Shown here: positions 12,981 through 26,819 of the stretch, piece after piece | Layout: every line of letters starts with the position of its first letter | Position numbering within the stretch: the stretch's first letter is position 1 | Assembly (NCBI GenBank): GCA_003344405.1 | Contig: NOWV01000100.1 | Coordinates: 62,001-126,000 of the forward strand | Direction of reading: 5' to 3' | DNA: 64,000 bases | From: Trichoplax sp. H2 | Lineage: Eukaryota | Notes under the pieces: generated by a model | Databases searched by the model: none | Told to the model about the DNA's origin: nothing | The model's input: the letters and a program-made list of their open reading frames with translations, nothing else | Position numbers and translations under genes: made by a program

Positions 12981-13952
12981 ATGATGGATAATATGAACAA
13001 CAGTCATACTACTACACTTTATATCTTTTCAACTTCGTCTCCCGTGGAAGAAAGCTTTTTTCCACTTTACTTCTATGTGATTATCATCACTGTAGCTACA
13101 ATCATTTTTTTGGGTGGACTGGTTGGCAATATCTTGGTGATCTACATTATAATGAAAAACAGCAATGGTAGGATGCAGTCAACATTCCACTATTTAGTAG
13201 CATCCCTATCGTGTTACGATGTATTGGTGGTGTTAATTTCAATGCCTCAAACTTTGACCTACGATTTAACGCTAAAATGGCCATTTGGACGCACAGCTTG
13301 CTATATAAATTTTAATCTTCCTGTGTTATTCGCTTGTGGCTCAGTTTTCACCATGGTAGCTATAGCTTTAGATCGTTATAGGAGTATAAGAACAATTTTT
13401 ACGTTCTTAACTTTCACAAAATTAAAGAAGCTCATAGTTATATTTATAATATTTTGCCTATCTTTTCTATGCATGTTACCTTGTTGTTTATATACTCGTT
13501 ATTTGGACGATACTAATTTTCCTCAATGTGGAGTGATATTTTCGCCAGATCCTTTCGTAGCTAACGTCAGTTATGTTTTATTTCTAACAATGATCGTATT
13601 AATTATTCCATTTATAACAATCCTATTCCTTTATGGTGGCCTTATTTATTCACTTAATAAAGTTAGACATCGAATATTTGATTCAACGTTAGCGCAAAAT
13701 ATTTATAACACCGCAGCGAAACAAAGCACCCAAATGTTAGTTTTAATCGTCACAACTTTTATCTTGACCTGGTTACCACTTTTTGCATGCTTCATCGTCG
13801 CTGCTTTTAGTAAAATTTCATCGGATCATATCAAAACGTTTCGTATGATCTATACAACTAGCCATTTAATAAGCTACAGCAACAGCATCATTAATCCGAT
13901 CGTCTATGCAATTTATAGTAGAACTTTCTTAAAAAATTATAACCATCACTAA
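12981..13952 (+). CDS. Intronless class A GPCR, neuropeptide-receptor-like, 323 aa, paralog of 4384-5439
   Basis: GN, LSCYD, WPFG-C, GSVFTMVAIALDRY, TWLP and HLISYSNSIINPIVY motifs; very short C-terminal tail. Confidence 0.95.
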   Translation: MMDNMNNSHTTTLYIFSTSSPVEESFFPLYFYVIIITVATIIFLGGLVGNILVIYIIMKNSNGRMQSTFHYLVASLSCYDVLVVLISMPQTLTYDLTLKWPFGRTACYINFNLPVLFACGSVFTMVAIALDRYRSIRTIFTFLTFTKLKKLIVIFIIFCLSFLCMLPCCLYTRYLDDTNFPQCGVIFSPDPFVANVSYVLFLTMIVLIIPFITILFLYGGLIYSLNKVRHRIFDSTLAQNIYNTAAKQSTQMLVLIVTTFILTWLPLFACFIVAAFSKISSDHIKTFRMIYTTSHLISYSNSIINPIVYAIYSRTFLKNYNHH

Positions 13953-16900
13953 TACAGTAATAGCATATTACAAATATAAGAATAGAAATTAAATAATCTT
14001 CAACTATAACGACTTTATTAAAATATTAAGTGTGTAAGAATTGTACGATCCCAAATGCTGTGCATTTTTAAGTTTTCTCCTTCAGTAACCATTTTACTTT
14101 CCTGCCATTTTCTTACTAACTTTACTAATCCACTTGACTAAGACATTAATGATAGCCTGTCCGATATTAGATATTTAGTCGATCATCATTAATTAAAACT
14201 CTTTAGCTTTTGTTCGTCAATGTTTTCAGTAAAAATTTAATTTTGAATAATATATTATTCTTAGGAGAATCATGTATGTGCTGATATCTATTAGGCACAT
14301 TAGCAAATAAATAATAGGCATAATTTGCAGCAAATAAATATCATGTTCCCGTTAAATCATTGCTATGTCATCATTAATGGATATTAGCTATCGGTATTTT
14401 TCATTTAAATCTGCAAATTTTTCCTCATCCTTAATAACGTACGATCATATAGATAATAATAGTTTACGCTTAAAGAAAGCCATTTAGCAGCACAATAAAT
14501 TCAATTTTTCTTTTACCATTTACTAATTCTTAGCATAATAATATCTATTCCATGTGAAGGTTAACTTTGCAGTAGAATTTTGACATGATTAACGACATGA
14601 TAAAGTCTTGCACCGCAGAATTAAGTTATTTTGTGAGTGTTAGCGTGCTTACGATCAAAATAAAATCATATTTACTAAACCATAAATGTCAGTAACACCG
14701 AAGAATGTGCCTTTAATATCTAATGGTAACGTTCTAAATCAGTGATCTGAGCTTATATACTGTGACAATATAATTTTTCATAAATATTGTTCTACCGTAA
14801 ATGCTGATGTTTCGATATAAATGCTTCACCCTTGAGTACAGTATAAGATTAAATTAGGGAACTGTTACAAATACCTTGGTGCTATACTGAAAGATAAAAA
14901 GCACATTAAGTAATAAATAGTAAAAGAGTATAGTAGGCTCATAAAGTGAAATCTAATGGCTTTACTTATCGTGAGTTTTATCTATCGTGTATTTTTTATG
15001 GCTAACTTGCAGATCAAATAATGATCGCTTATTCTCGAATTTGAATTATATGTGAAGTCCTTGGTTTGCTTTTATAGTCTTGGTAAACGAAAAAATTACT
15101 TAATTTAAATCACCTATTTACTTTAGACGTGTCCTAATATCAACCTTTAATAACAATATGACATAAGTTAATCCTAAGTTCTGTATGTAATTTTATAGCA
15201 ACCATATTTGTGCGCTAGAAAACAAAACCTAATTTTCAGGATTAAAGTGTTCTCGAAGCCGTGAGGAATCAAACTCGATTATTTTCTGATTAAACTTATC
15301 GTAATGTAATATTAGTCAATTTTCATATAATCAGTAAGGAAGGAATCTTCAAATTTCTCATTAAGTGTTGATTGCGATTACACTTACAGGCATTTTAAAT
15401 AATACGACAGTGAAAATACGTTACTATTCATAATAGTAGCTTCTGTTTTAATGTAGGTGAGCGAGCAATAATTGAAGATCAGGAGTTCTGTAACTCAGAC
15501 TGCTGTGAACTGTGACTGTTGTTATTCGATGAAGCTTTGGTAGATTATAAATGCGATATTCAAGATCTGATTTTCAATTCAGCATCTCTAGAATACGACA
15601 ATAAAAATATGAATATTTCTGAAACTATGCTACTACGAGTACATAACCCTTGGTGGTTGATTTAAGCAGCTTTAGTAAAACATTTACAAATTTCTATACG
15701 AGGAGACCTTAACTCATACATTCCTTCTGTAAATATGAAAGGAAGTTGTACTTGTTTATTCCATTAAGAGGCTACCAATTTGGCTTATCCAATAAAGAGC
15801 TTAGAAATTATCTACGGCATTCTAATAAAGTATCGGTAACTAATGGTGAAAATATTAAAAATTTTGATATCATATTGTAGACTCGTATACTGGATCTAAT
15901 TGTTATCGTAAGAGTTTTAATTAAATACGAATTTTTTGTTCTATTCGGTTTGATAAAACTGAGGTTTTACGTTGAAAAATTACGTTCTATCGAATCTTAC
16001 TGAAATCGAGACATACAAATTCCTACTCTAAATAGCGAGAAAGATAATTTTTAGGCTTATAGTGAAAAGTTCAGAACCATGTCTGCAATGTTGTTCTCCT
16101 AGCGAATGAACATTTTGTTCAGAATGGAGTGTGATACAACTTGAATATGGCTTAAGATTGATTGAAATTTAAATAATAAAATTTTTATTAAGTGTATAAA
16201 TTACGTTTTATGATACTATAACTACGATATAAAACAACAATGCAGAAAATTACAATTTCTGCAAAGGTCTCATTATCAATTTTTATATCTTGATAGCAAA
16301 AAAACTTCTTAAAGAAGTCTGGACAAAACTATTTACAATAATATAGCTCAAATTATTTTGATATTATAAAGCATTTATAAAATTAGTTATAGATACGGTA
16401 TCTCATGAACTTTTGCTGATTTTGCAACTGCGGGTATTATAGTGCATTAGAAATTCTATTACAATAACGACTCCTAAATTCAATAAATCCGGCCTTAATA
16501 AGTAGGATATCTCATTTAGAATTTTGCTATTTTTCCCCCTATTCAATTAGTGATGGTATTAAAATTTTGAGATACTTATCCTTCTTTTTTAGCGACGACT
16601 CATCCATCGCTAACAACAGATAGAATAAAGATCACCTTTGCATGTTAGTCTAGATGTAAGCATCTGATTTCTAATACTGATTTTTAAATCACAAGTCTGG
16701 GAGAAGTAAGTTGCAATTTGTTTTATGTTTATTATTAATCTATAAATTATTAAATAGATCAATATATGAACTTATATTTACACAGTAATTATTATCTGAT
16801 ATTGTAGTTATATTTTACAATTGAAAGAGTAAGCTAATAAATCTTTTTTATGAAATTTAGTTTAATACATAACTAGAGATCGAGATTTATTAAAATTAAA

Positions 16901-19858
16901 TAGATACGTTCGTTCAAAATATATTTTCTTTCTTCCGAAGCATATGCAAAAACTATTTCCTTTCTAGTGTCTAAAGACTCAATGAGTAGGAAGAATAATT
17001 GTACCAGAGCATGAAAAATGTAAAATTATTGTTAAATTATCGCTCCTTCGAGGATAATGATATGCTAAACGTCAGAGAATTCTCGAAGTGCATAAAATAT
17101 TTTATGCTGTGAAAAGGAAATATGACTTGAAGACAATTGCCAACTGATTTCTGTCAGCATCTTTGTTGATCAAAGAAATTCGTGTTCATTAAACATCCGT
17201 TCCACACAGGTGTTCCAATCTCCTGCTATTTTATTTAGCATATATCAGTCGCAGAATAATTCTTTAACGCATAATAGATTTATATCTGATTCTTGTCAAA
17301 GCCGGTAAAGAGGGAACAGTCATTTAATCAAACTAAGTACAGTACAGCATTCAAAATTTGTAAAAAATATAAAGTTTTACAATTGTCGCGTTTGACAAAT
17401 TGAATTTAAACATCAGAATAAACAGTCTGCAACTGCGGTAGAACCAGGCTATCTAGACAAAATCTTACTATATATGTTATGCAAATTTACAATTAGTTAT
17501 TATCAAAGCCAGTTTATAAAATTAAACGGGTGCGCAATCGATTGAAATATAATTATGAAGGGTTATGTAAGGTTAGCTATTGATTTCATTGGTTAAATTC
17601 ATTTCTTAATTGTTCTTATTTTCGACATTAATTCAAGATGGCTTTGAGAAGTGCATATTTTTCTCTTTTTATACAAATAATGGCTGTTATATTCAAAGTA
17701 CTAACGGTACAATAATCGAAACTATATAGCTATTGTGTCAGATTTATTCTTGCATAAGCGTCAAAGTCGTACACTAATTCAAGCTTCAAGTAACCGAATT
17801 CCTTTCGAATTTAGCAATCAAACGTCTAATTTTAAATTTGTCTTATACACAACGATATTATTTCTAAAAGATTTTAAGCACTATGCAAGTTTGTAAAATT
17901 TCAGTCAAATACTGAATCACAACTGTAATCGCAGGCACATATGATGAGTAAAACCAACACCCGGCAACAATTTTCACAATGAGTTTATTCGAATTTGATA
18001 TTTATATATCCAATAATATAAAATTTAGAATTTAAGTAAATTGATTGATTAATAAAATTATGATTAAATAAATTGAGTAAGCTGTAGACCAAGTTCGAAT
18101 ATAGCACCACGAATATCAGGCGTCGAAAACATGATAAATTGTAGTCAATGCCGCTTAAATGACTTTGAATTTTGCTCTTAAGAACCAAATAGTAAAAATT
18201 CAAAATAGATGCGGATAATTACTTACAAAGTTTAAATGAATTTAAGCAGCTATACAGTCCATTAACTGAAGATCTATAGAGTTTATCTCTACTTTAATGC
18301 ATAAACTACAACATTTCTATATACTGTAGGTATAGCGTCGCTAATATACATTATGTTACAGAATAGCTACCACGGAATTAATATGCCTTAATATTTGTAT
18401 TGGAGAAGCGCTCGTCTAAAGTTTTGGCAGTATCCGATATGTCATTTTTACTGCTTAATTCTGTAGAATGTTATGTATGGCCTAAAATAAAACAGATCTT
18501 GGTGCCATTCACTTTCGAATTAGTTATAATAGCCTTAAATAAAAGACTTTTCTCTATATCGATGTTGTCGTAGAAGTATTTTGGTTAATAATTTCTAAAA
18601 TCTTTGGATGTATCACAGCGCTATCTTGAATTGATTGATACGTAGTTCTCGATACTTTATTAGCGGTTCTGTTAGAATTGTTGCCGTGGCTCTTTAGTCA
18701 GAGAGTCAGTCACCTTGCAATCAGCTTGCTTTTTTACTTTCCTATAACACTTGATGAGGTCAGAAATTATCTGCTGTGGTGGAATGAACATACGATTCAT
18801 AGATCGTCTAATTAGAATAATACGTATCTTGAGATGCTTTAAGTATATGTATAGCTCGAAAAAATGGAGATTTTCCGACGTGATCTTTTCTAAATTTTTT
18901 GCTGCGTGGAAGCTGCTCTCCTTTGAAGCGATAGCCGATTCATTTAACAGAGCAAAAACAAAATCACATGGTATGATTTAAGCTGGCAGTAATAAGTACA
19001 TATCTGCAACGCATATTTATGATAAAGTAAATAATTTTTTTTATCTATACAATTGCATACATATAGTTTTACAATGGTCATTACGTTTTGTAATACCCAA
19101 TCTTATATATTACGTTTGAAGCTCTTCTCTATGATCCACTTTTATGGTTAATATGCTAGCCTAATTAGTTACTTCACTCTTCCTGTAGAGAATATCAAGA
19201 TAGATAGAAGACGCAATTAAGTAAAACATTCCGAATCTGTCACACCAATACATTATACGGTATTGAATAAGCGAACTTTATTCCAAATAGATTGTTCCTT
19301 TGATTCCTAAATTTCTTTGGCCGTAAAATTCTTCATAGATATTAGTTTCTAGGATAATTCGTACTCTTTGTTTCCTTTCTATGCAACAGTAGAAGATAAT
19401 ATAGTAGATAGTATCTTCACAGCTAACTCGCGACCAATGATGTAATTGCCTGTTTGATTGTAGATTCTTATAGGTAACCTACTGGGTTACTGAACGATGT
19501 TTGTAAGTCTGATGTTGAATCAATAGCAGATTTTCTATCAATTATTCAACAACATTAATTTATGTTAGTTTTAAACCCACAATCCTATTAATATTTCGGA
19601 AACGGTAGCAAGTTATTAATATAGATCACATACCTTTCATCCCTCGTATTATTTTTGCATGTAGAAAATTATGTAGGTAAATTTTTTAGGCTCGGTACAG
19701 GATTGTATAATGAATTTTACCTGTAATGTTGATTTAATAACAGATCTTTTCAATAAAAATAAAAGATAAAATTTTTTTCTCATGGAAACTTTCCAGTTCA
19801 ATAAGCTATAATAATCGTGTGTTGCTAGTTTTTTTTAAACTTTACATTTAAATAGTTA

Positions 19859-20345
19859 CGAATTCGAGTAAACTTCTCAAGAGACTGATTTTATTACTTT
19901 AACGCTTCATAAGTAATATGACGATCTGATTTTGATTGTCAGCTTATATACCGAAAGAGTAATCGAAAATCGAAAAAATATTTATATTATGTATTAAAGT
20001 TAACAATAGGGTACCGAAAGAAATATCTTTAGGATATTAATCACCAGCTGAAAACGTGGAAAACAACGCTGAAATAGTTTTAGCTAAACTGCTATAGTAT
20101 ACTGAGCCAGAATTTAAAGTACTTAATAGTAGCTGACGATGAAATGGCTTGATAAATGTATCCGCTATTTGAACCAACTGTTTAGAAATACTTCCTAATA
20201 ACAAAATAATTATAAGCAACAAATAACACGAATGTTAAGCTACGATTTCTTCTCAGATTGTAATATTCATTATAAGCTTATCAAGCATTTCTGACTCGTG
20301 CGGAATAATTTCAATATTTTCATATGTTTCGTATGGCCTTAATAT
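19859..20345 (-). pseudogene. Putative decayed Bcl-2-family-like gene with one intact BH3-like exon
   Basis: An open 150-nt exon at 20194-20045, bounded by ttattag and gtgatt, reads SISKQLVQIADTFIKPFHRQLLLSTLNSGSVYYSSLAKTISALFSTFSA. Neighbouring exon-like blocks (~20345-20243 and ~19943-19859) carry in-frame stops. Family resemblance judged by eye only. Confidence 0.3.
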
Positions 20346-23300
20346 CTATACAATACTCCGAAACACGGTGGGAAATGTCTGTTCTGGAACGATTTAGATT
20401 GTGCAGCTTACATATACTGTATTACTGAACAACGATTGACTATGATTTTAATTCAAACCAAATCTGTTTGACCTTAGTCCTATTGCAAAAACGCAACTAG
20501 TTAATGGTAATAACAGATTGGCAGAATAAACTATTTAGTTGACAGTAGTTGATGATAATATGGCTCAAGTACTCTAGGCGTACGTACTATTTATACCACA
20601 TACCGATATTTACGGCCATGACTGCTAGCTTTCAACCGTTCCCGGTAATGATATATATTTTGAGATTAAGCATTTATATACCGTCACAAATATGAACGGT
20701 CAAATATCACAGTAATTTTATAAAATGTGAAACTTAGATGCAGTTGTAGCGCAGCTATTACATAAGTAAAGTATAACAAAAAGATTAACGGTATTATTTT
20801 TTAATTATGGCTCGAATAATTATTTCAGTGGTTAGAGGAGTGAATAAGTAATGATGACTACATGATTAAACTTAAAACTGATATTGCTTAAAGAACTGTA
20901 ATTAAGATAAAAGCTATAAGTAATAAGAACAGGAATTAGTTGATTATTCTATTAAAGATATAATAAATATCAGTTCAAACTGTATCTGTATACATTAGCA
21001 ATCTTATTATATGCTATTTATAGGTATATCAATACACACTTGTTATGTATGTGATTCGTAATACTGCTTGAGTCAGGTAGTAAACCTCGTATAATGTGCA
21101 GATGATGTAAAATTTATTAGGAAAACTGTAACATAACATAAGGCACATTTATAGTTAATATAAATCTATAAGCATAAATCAGTTTATATAATCGTAAGGT
21201 AAGAACGTATGAGTACAGAATGGAAGTAGCATGTAAGAAAATGTATGTAAAAATACTATAACATAGATCCTCATTTTTTATCCACTCATAGTTATCCAAT
21301 AAGCGTATTATCTTAAAATAATATAGTTCAATTTAGCACATTTTTGTTTTTAAAGGTAACGTTTTACTTATTATAATTATGATAACAATCAATTCAAGCA
21401 CCTGCCATTCGTCTAGTCTGATACTAACGTTACCGGTTGCAAAAATTTTCAATAATCATACATTATTAACGAAGGTAAAAGTAGGAAGACATGTGTACTA
21501 TATGTACTGGTTTAAACTAATAATGGTAATGCTAGTATACCCTTAGCAATAATATAGAATAAGCTATTTGCGTCCTCTTAAAAGACAGGTGTATCGATTC
21601 CCAACCACACATTTCCTATCAACAACACGTAAACACCGATCATAAATATTGACACTTTAAATCTGTAACATCATCAGCTCATATTAATAATTCAATAGAA
21701 TACTAAAATGCCATAATATCAGAATTAACTCTTCCACAATTATATTATTAAATATCATGTAAACATGTCCTATATTTTATAGATAAAAGCCCTACTATAG
21801 CGTTTGCTACATGTTGAAAATGAAGTAAAGGTAACCGTTTCGGTATAGAACAGAAAAACCGGATGTAAAAAGCATTGTATCATCCGCATGATATAATATT
21901 CGAGATTATAATATATACTTCATTCAAAACAACCAATATGAGCTAATAAAAAAGAATCATCAAAATTAGACATAAATTTCTTATTACTTAATACATTTAC
22001 AGGATGATTTCTAATACGTAAAGCAGATACGCGAGATATAATTGAAAAGTTATTGTGATCACTTAATGACCTAGTAATCATTACAGAAAAATTATCTTTT
22101 TACACAAGTGGACTATAATAATGATTCAACTGATCATAAACCTAAAATATCATTTTTATTATACCATGTCGCTTTCATTCTCTGAAACTTTATAAGTTAA
22201 TAAATAGTTAAGCCTTTTACTTTCAATCCGTATTTAATCATACTTTTGCGATGTACTATTGTAGTTTTGATATTTAGCATCTTCTCTAGATCGGATAGTG
22301 AAAGTCAAATCAAAGATCAAAATTTCCTCTTTTCAGGAGGCTATAGAAATATCCTATGATGATTACAGTAAGCAATCGTTTTTACAATTATACTCCAAAG
22401 TGTGTTTTGAAATTCTCCTCATGAATAATTACAGTGATTGACGTCGCTATTTATTAAATAATCTACCTTTAAGTTTCCGTAACCGTTCTTCCTATCTTAG
22501 CTTACTATCTTTTATATGTATTATTTGGCCTGCAGACTTTGCGTCTCTGTATAATTTTTCTATTCTTTGCACATTTAATTGCTTACTGCATCAGAACTAA
22601 CCTTAACAAGTAGCAATTCGACAAAAGAAGTGGTATTAGTTACTTGCAATTCATGGTAAACAAATAAAAAATAAGATATCTAATAGTTTTACGCTTAAAA
22701 TCTAAAACCTACGTTACATAGAGATTTTTCTGTAATATCCATTTCATCGTTTCATCTACAGGCACTATTCTTAGAAAATTTTATGCTTCGATATAATAAA
22801 TACGAATAACAATTATTTCGGATTGATATAAGAGTACTTTGGTCACTATTATTGACATCGATACATCCATAATAGTCGACATTATCCTGTCTCTTTAGCT
22901 TTAATATTGATTAAATTAGGATTATATTATTCTTTACTTTAATCTAAAATATTGAAATTGAGGAATTAATTGTTAGGAATCTTATCTTATTCTATTATGA
23001 TATTGTTAATTACATTTTATCAATAGTTGAACACCTTAACATCACAAAGATTTTATGAGATTACATACTGATAATAGAATAGATACAAGTATCTTTATTG
23101 ATATTAATATTATTTCATTTTATTCTATTAGTTTAATTACATTTCATGCCGTATTATGATTGAATTGAATATATACGGGAGCGGAATTGTAATAATTGTC
23201 ATTTGGAATAAGTCAGCGGTCAGCAATTTTTATCAAATTTCTCCCATCAAAGATATCCTTACAGTATCAAAAATCTGTGAACCCAGCCGACTACTATCCA

Positions 23301-23566
23301 ACTTTCGTTCTTATTTTGAAGGCACACAATTTAAAGATAATAAAAAAAATAATCATATTGCTTGCAGTTTACCCTTCATTGCAATTTCTTGAACTTTTAC
23401 TCCTAGCTTTAAATGATAGCGATTGAAATTGTCAATTATATACCGCTTATATTAAATCGCACGTAGAAATCTTGGTTTTGTTTATTGTTATAATAAACTT
23501 ATCATTATCTTTCTTATTATAAAACTATTCAGTCCTAACATTACCATCAATTCTAAATATACTATC

Positions 23567-24676
23567 ATGCCTTGTTCAAATGCTACAAACCAAGATGAAT
23601 TACAATTTAATGCTAATAGAACGCGCTCTGGAGGAAAACTGGAATTGTGTCATCAAATTCAGAACATTTCAAAACCACCACTTTTTCCCATTCCTCCGCT
23701 TGGCCATGTCATGCATGTCATAGTGGCCATTGTTGCAGTACTTATCTTTATTACTGGCTTGTATGGCAATATTGTATTGATTCGATCGACGATCGATCAT
23801 ACACAGAAAAAAGTTCGTAAAACTATGAATATTTTCTTAATGACTTTGGCTCTTTATGATATCCTCATCATTACTATAACTATGCCAGTAACTTTAGTAG
23901 AAGATTTATTATTATGGTGGCCTTTTGGTCGAGTATTATGCTATATTCTGTATTACATGCCTACCATTTTTGCCTCCGGATCTGTCTTTACCATCGTCAC
24001 AATTGCAGCTGAACGCTATCGTGCGGTAGTCTATCCCATGAAGCCAAAGTTATCGACCGCAAGGGCTGCCCTAATTAGCATCGGTATTTTTTTAATAGCC
24101 ATTGCTGTTACTGTTCCTAACATGGTATTTGCAATTTACGACGATAAAACATTTCCGAATCATCCTCAATGTAGTCATCATTTCTTACCTGATCCTATCT
24201 TAGGAAATAAAATTTACGTAATATTCGTTTTTGGCTGCTTATTTTGGTTACCATTAATGTTCACTGGTGGCTTATACATTTTAATTATGTATCACTTACA
24301 AGTCCATCGACATAAAACAATCTTAACTATCAACGGGCGTATGACCACTGAAACAAATCGTCGGGTCGTTACTATGCTATTGATTATTTTATTGGTTTTC
24401 GTCCTTAGCTGGTTACCCCTGCATATTTGCTTTTTCTTAGCAATATTTGGGCCGCTTAATCCCTTAACGAAAGACTTTCGTTTAGCGTTAACTATTTGCC
24501 ATATTATTTCTTATTTAAACTGCGCAATTAATCCTATCGTGTATGTTAGCTTTAAGAGTAGGGTCAAGTTTATATCGATCATATGTTGTAGACAAATATT
24601 TAAAGCCGGTCGAAGTATGTCTAGTTCGGAGCATACTGGTAATCCAACCAAGAATATTTCCATGAAATTTAACTGA
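23567..24676 (+). CDS. Intronless class A GPCR, neuropeptide-receptor-like, 369 aa, third paralog
   Basis: GN, LALYD, WPFG-C, GSVFTIVTIAAERYRAVVYP, SWLP and HIISYLNCAINPIVY motifs; a CC after helix 8 is a possible palmitoylation site. Confidence 0.95.
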   Translation: MPCSNATNQDELQFNANRTRSGGKLELCHQIQNISKPPLFPIPPLGHVMHVIVAIVAVLIFITGLYGNIVLIRSTIDHTQKKVRKTMNIFLMTLALYDILIITITMPVTLVEDLLLWWPFGRVLCYILYYMPTIFASGSVFTIVTIAAERYRAVVYPMKPKLSTARAALISIGIFLIAIAVTVPNMVFAIYDDKTFPNHPQCSHHFLPDPILGNKIYVIFVFGCLFWLPLMFTGGLYILIMYHLQVHRHKTILTINGRMTTETNRRVVTMLLIILLVFVLSWLPLHICFFLAIFGPLNPLTKDFRLALTICHIISYLNCAINPIVYVSFKSRVKFISIICCRQIFKAGRSMSSSEHTGNPTKNISMKFN

Positions 24677-26819
24677 TCCTATGACCATCAAATCAACTGA
24701 TATCGAATAAGCGAACCTAAGAGAAATAAATTTGCCATAACTCATATAGCATTTCATTGTTGCTGATAAATCTAGCACTCTTTTCAAGTCTTAGCAGTAC
24801 ATGTTATACATTACTAATCCTTTAGCCTATTTTAATCATAGTAATTAAAACAACGGTCTAGCAAAAGCGCTCGAACACACGCGAAGTGAAATTACTATTG
24901 TTCTTTTAAATAATATCGAATTGAACTTGCTAAACGATAATTTTTGCTCCTTCCATGCAATAGATGTAAAATCTTTTACTCTTTTCGAAAACTTGGACTC
25001 ATGCTAGATCTGTAATGTTCCATCATAATGCTGAAATAGCATATAAAAGAATAACTGTACAAACTTTTTCGCTTCAATCAAGACCTATTACGTGTGCAAT
25101 TCGATGAACCAGGATTACTATCAAGGTATTTAATTGCTGGACAGCAATAACTAATGCTGATGCAGCGAAAATACGAATTTAAAATTAGGCGAGTTTCATA
25201 TCAAGATCTTTTCATCTAAACTAAATTATTTAAGAACTAGAATGTCCTCTGGATTACCGTTACGTTCATCACAGTTTTACTAAATCTTTATTCCACTTCC
25301 TACGAGAACAAATATTCACAAAATTTATTTGCACCATTGTGGCTATCTGGCTATAATGTAATGGGACCATTCAAGGGATCATAGAACATATACTACTATT
25401 TAATTTCCGAGTACAATAGAATATATTGCAAAATATGAAATTAAACAGCTGCATATGGCAATACCTTTATCATACGGTACTTATTAACAATGTGCTGAAA
25501 TCATTTGGTGTTTAATTAATAATAAAGTGTTGCCTCCTAGTCTAACTCTAGCATAATAAAATTTATTTAAGGCATTAATTTGGCTCATCATGCTTTAAAA
25601 ATGATCGATCTAAAATCATACGTCTTCGATGATCGTATACTATAACCATAAAACAAAAAATTAATCTACACATGTAAGCAGTATAAATTTGCTTTAATTT
25701 ATTACTTTTGAGTAGTTTCCTAATCCTCTAAATAATGAAAGCATTTGATTAACGATTACAATAAATGTTAAAGCTGCACTACAAAGGGCGATATTAAAAA
25801 AAATTAAGAAATGATCGGTTTCTATCGTTATACCAGACAGAACACATTCATGTAACCGTTTAAAAATTATGTCACTAATTATTACAAAAATAAAATCTTG
25901 TTATTAAGATCAAAAGAATGATTGACAGATCTTGTTCTTTATAAGATGTCATCTTTAAAATGTACATTTAAAAGATGCATTCATTTAATGCGAATAGATT
26001 TATCTTAGGACTGAGCCACAGTATTCGCTAATACATATTTCGAAATTAACTTATGAATATTAATAATAGCACTATATGCACTATTTGAGAAAATTTCCAT
26101 GTTTCCAGTACTTTTTGAACTTACTATGTGCGAATTGTACGGACAGAGCAGATAAAATATAAGACACCTTTGTTCTGTGGTACCGCAAAATAATCTGGGG
26201 AACACACTACTGCAGTTGTTTACTAATTATACATAAAAATTCTTTAGACTATAAAACTGATAACAAGAAATATCGTATGCTCGGACAACATTTCAAGACG
26301 CTAATTTGAAATCACTTGTAGCAAAGACCATATAAACTTCTGCAGCTATAGCGCTTTTTTCAAACACTATCCATCAAAAGCTAAGCAGGTTTAGTAATTG
26401 TTTCAACTATAGAAATAAGAATAATTATAATGTAGTGTAGAGGACCGAGATATCGGGCTAAGAGATAAACTAACTAACCACTCATTATTACATAGTTCGT
26501 AGTTGTACTATTTCCTAATATATAAGCAAGTATATTTAGATCAACGTTGTTTACGGAGTGTGGTAAACTTTAGCTAAGATTGAATTATTCCTTTACTACG
26601 AATTGGTTCCTAAGTAAGACAGCGGAGGAGTTGGAGAGCTATTAGTCGATTAGTTTATTTACAGAAAAAATCTTCATAACACACCGCAAGTAATATAAAT
26701 AGCGGCACTATTACTGCACAAGTCATTATAATTTTGCATTTCTTCAAATAAGTTCTCGGAGGACATCGTCGTAGGGATGAAGATTTCTTACAAAAAAAGC
26801 TATTAAATTCATGGCCCCT

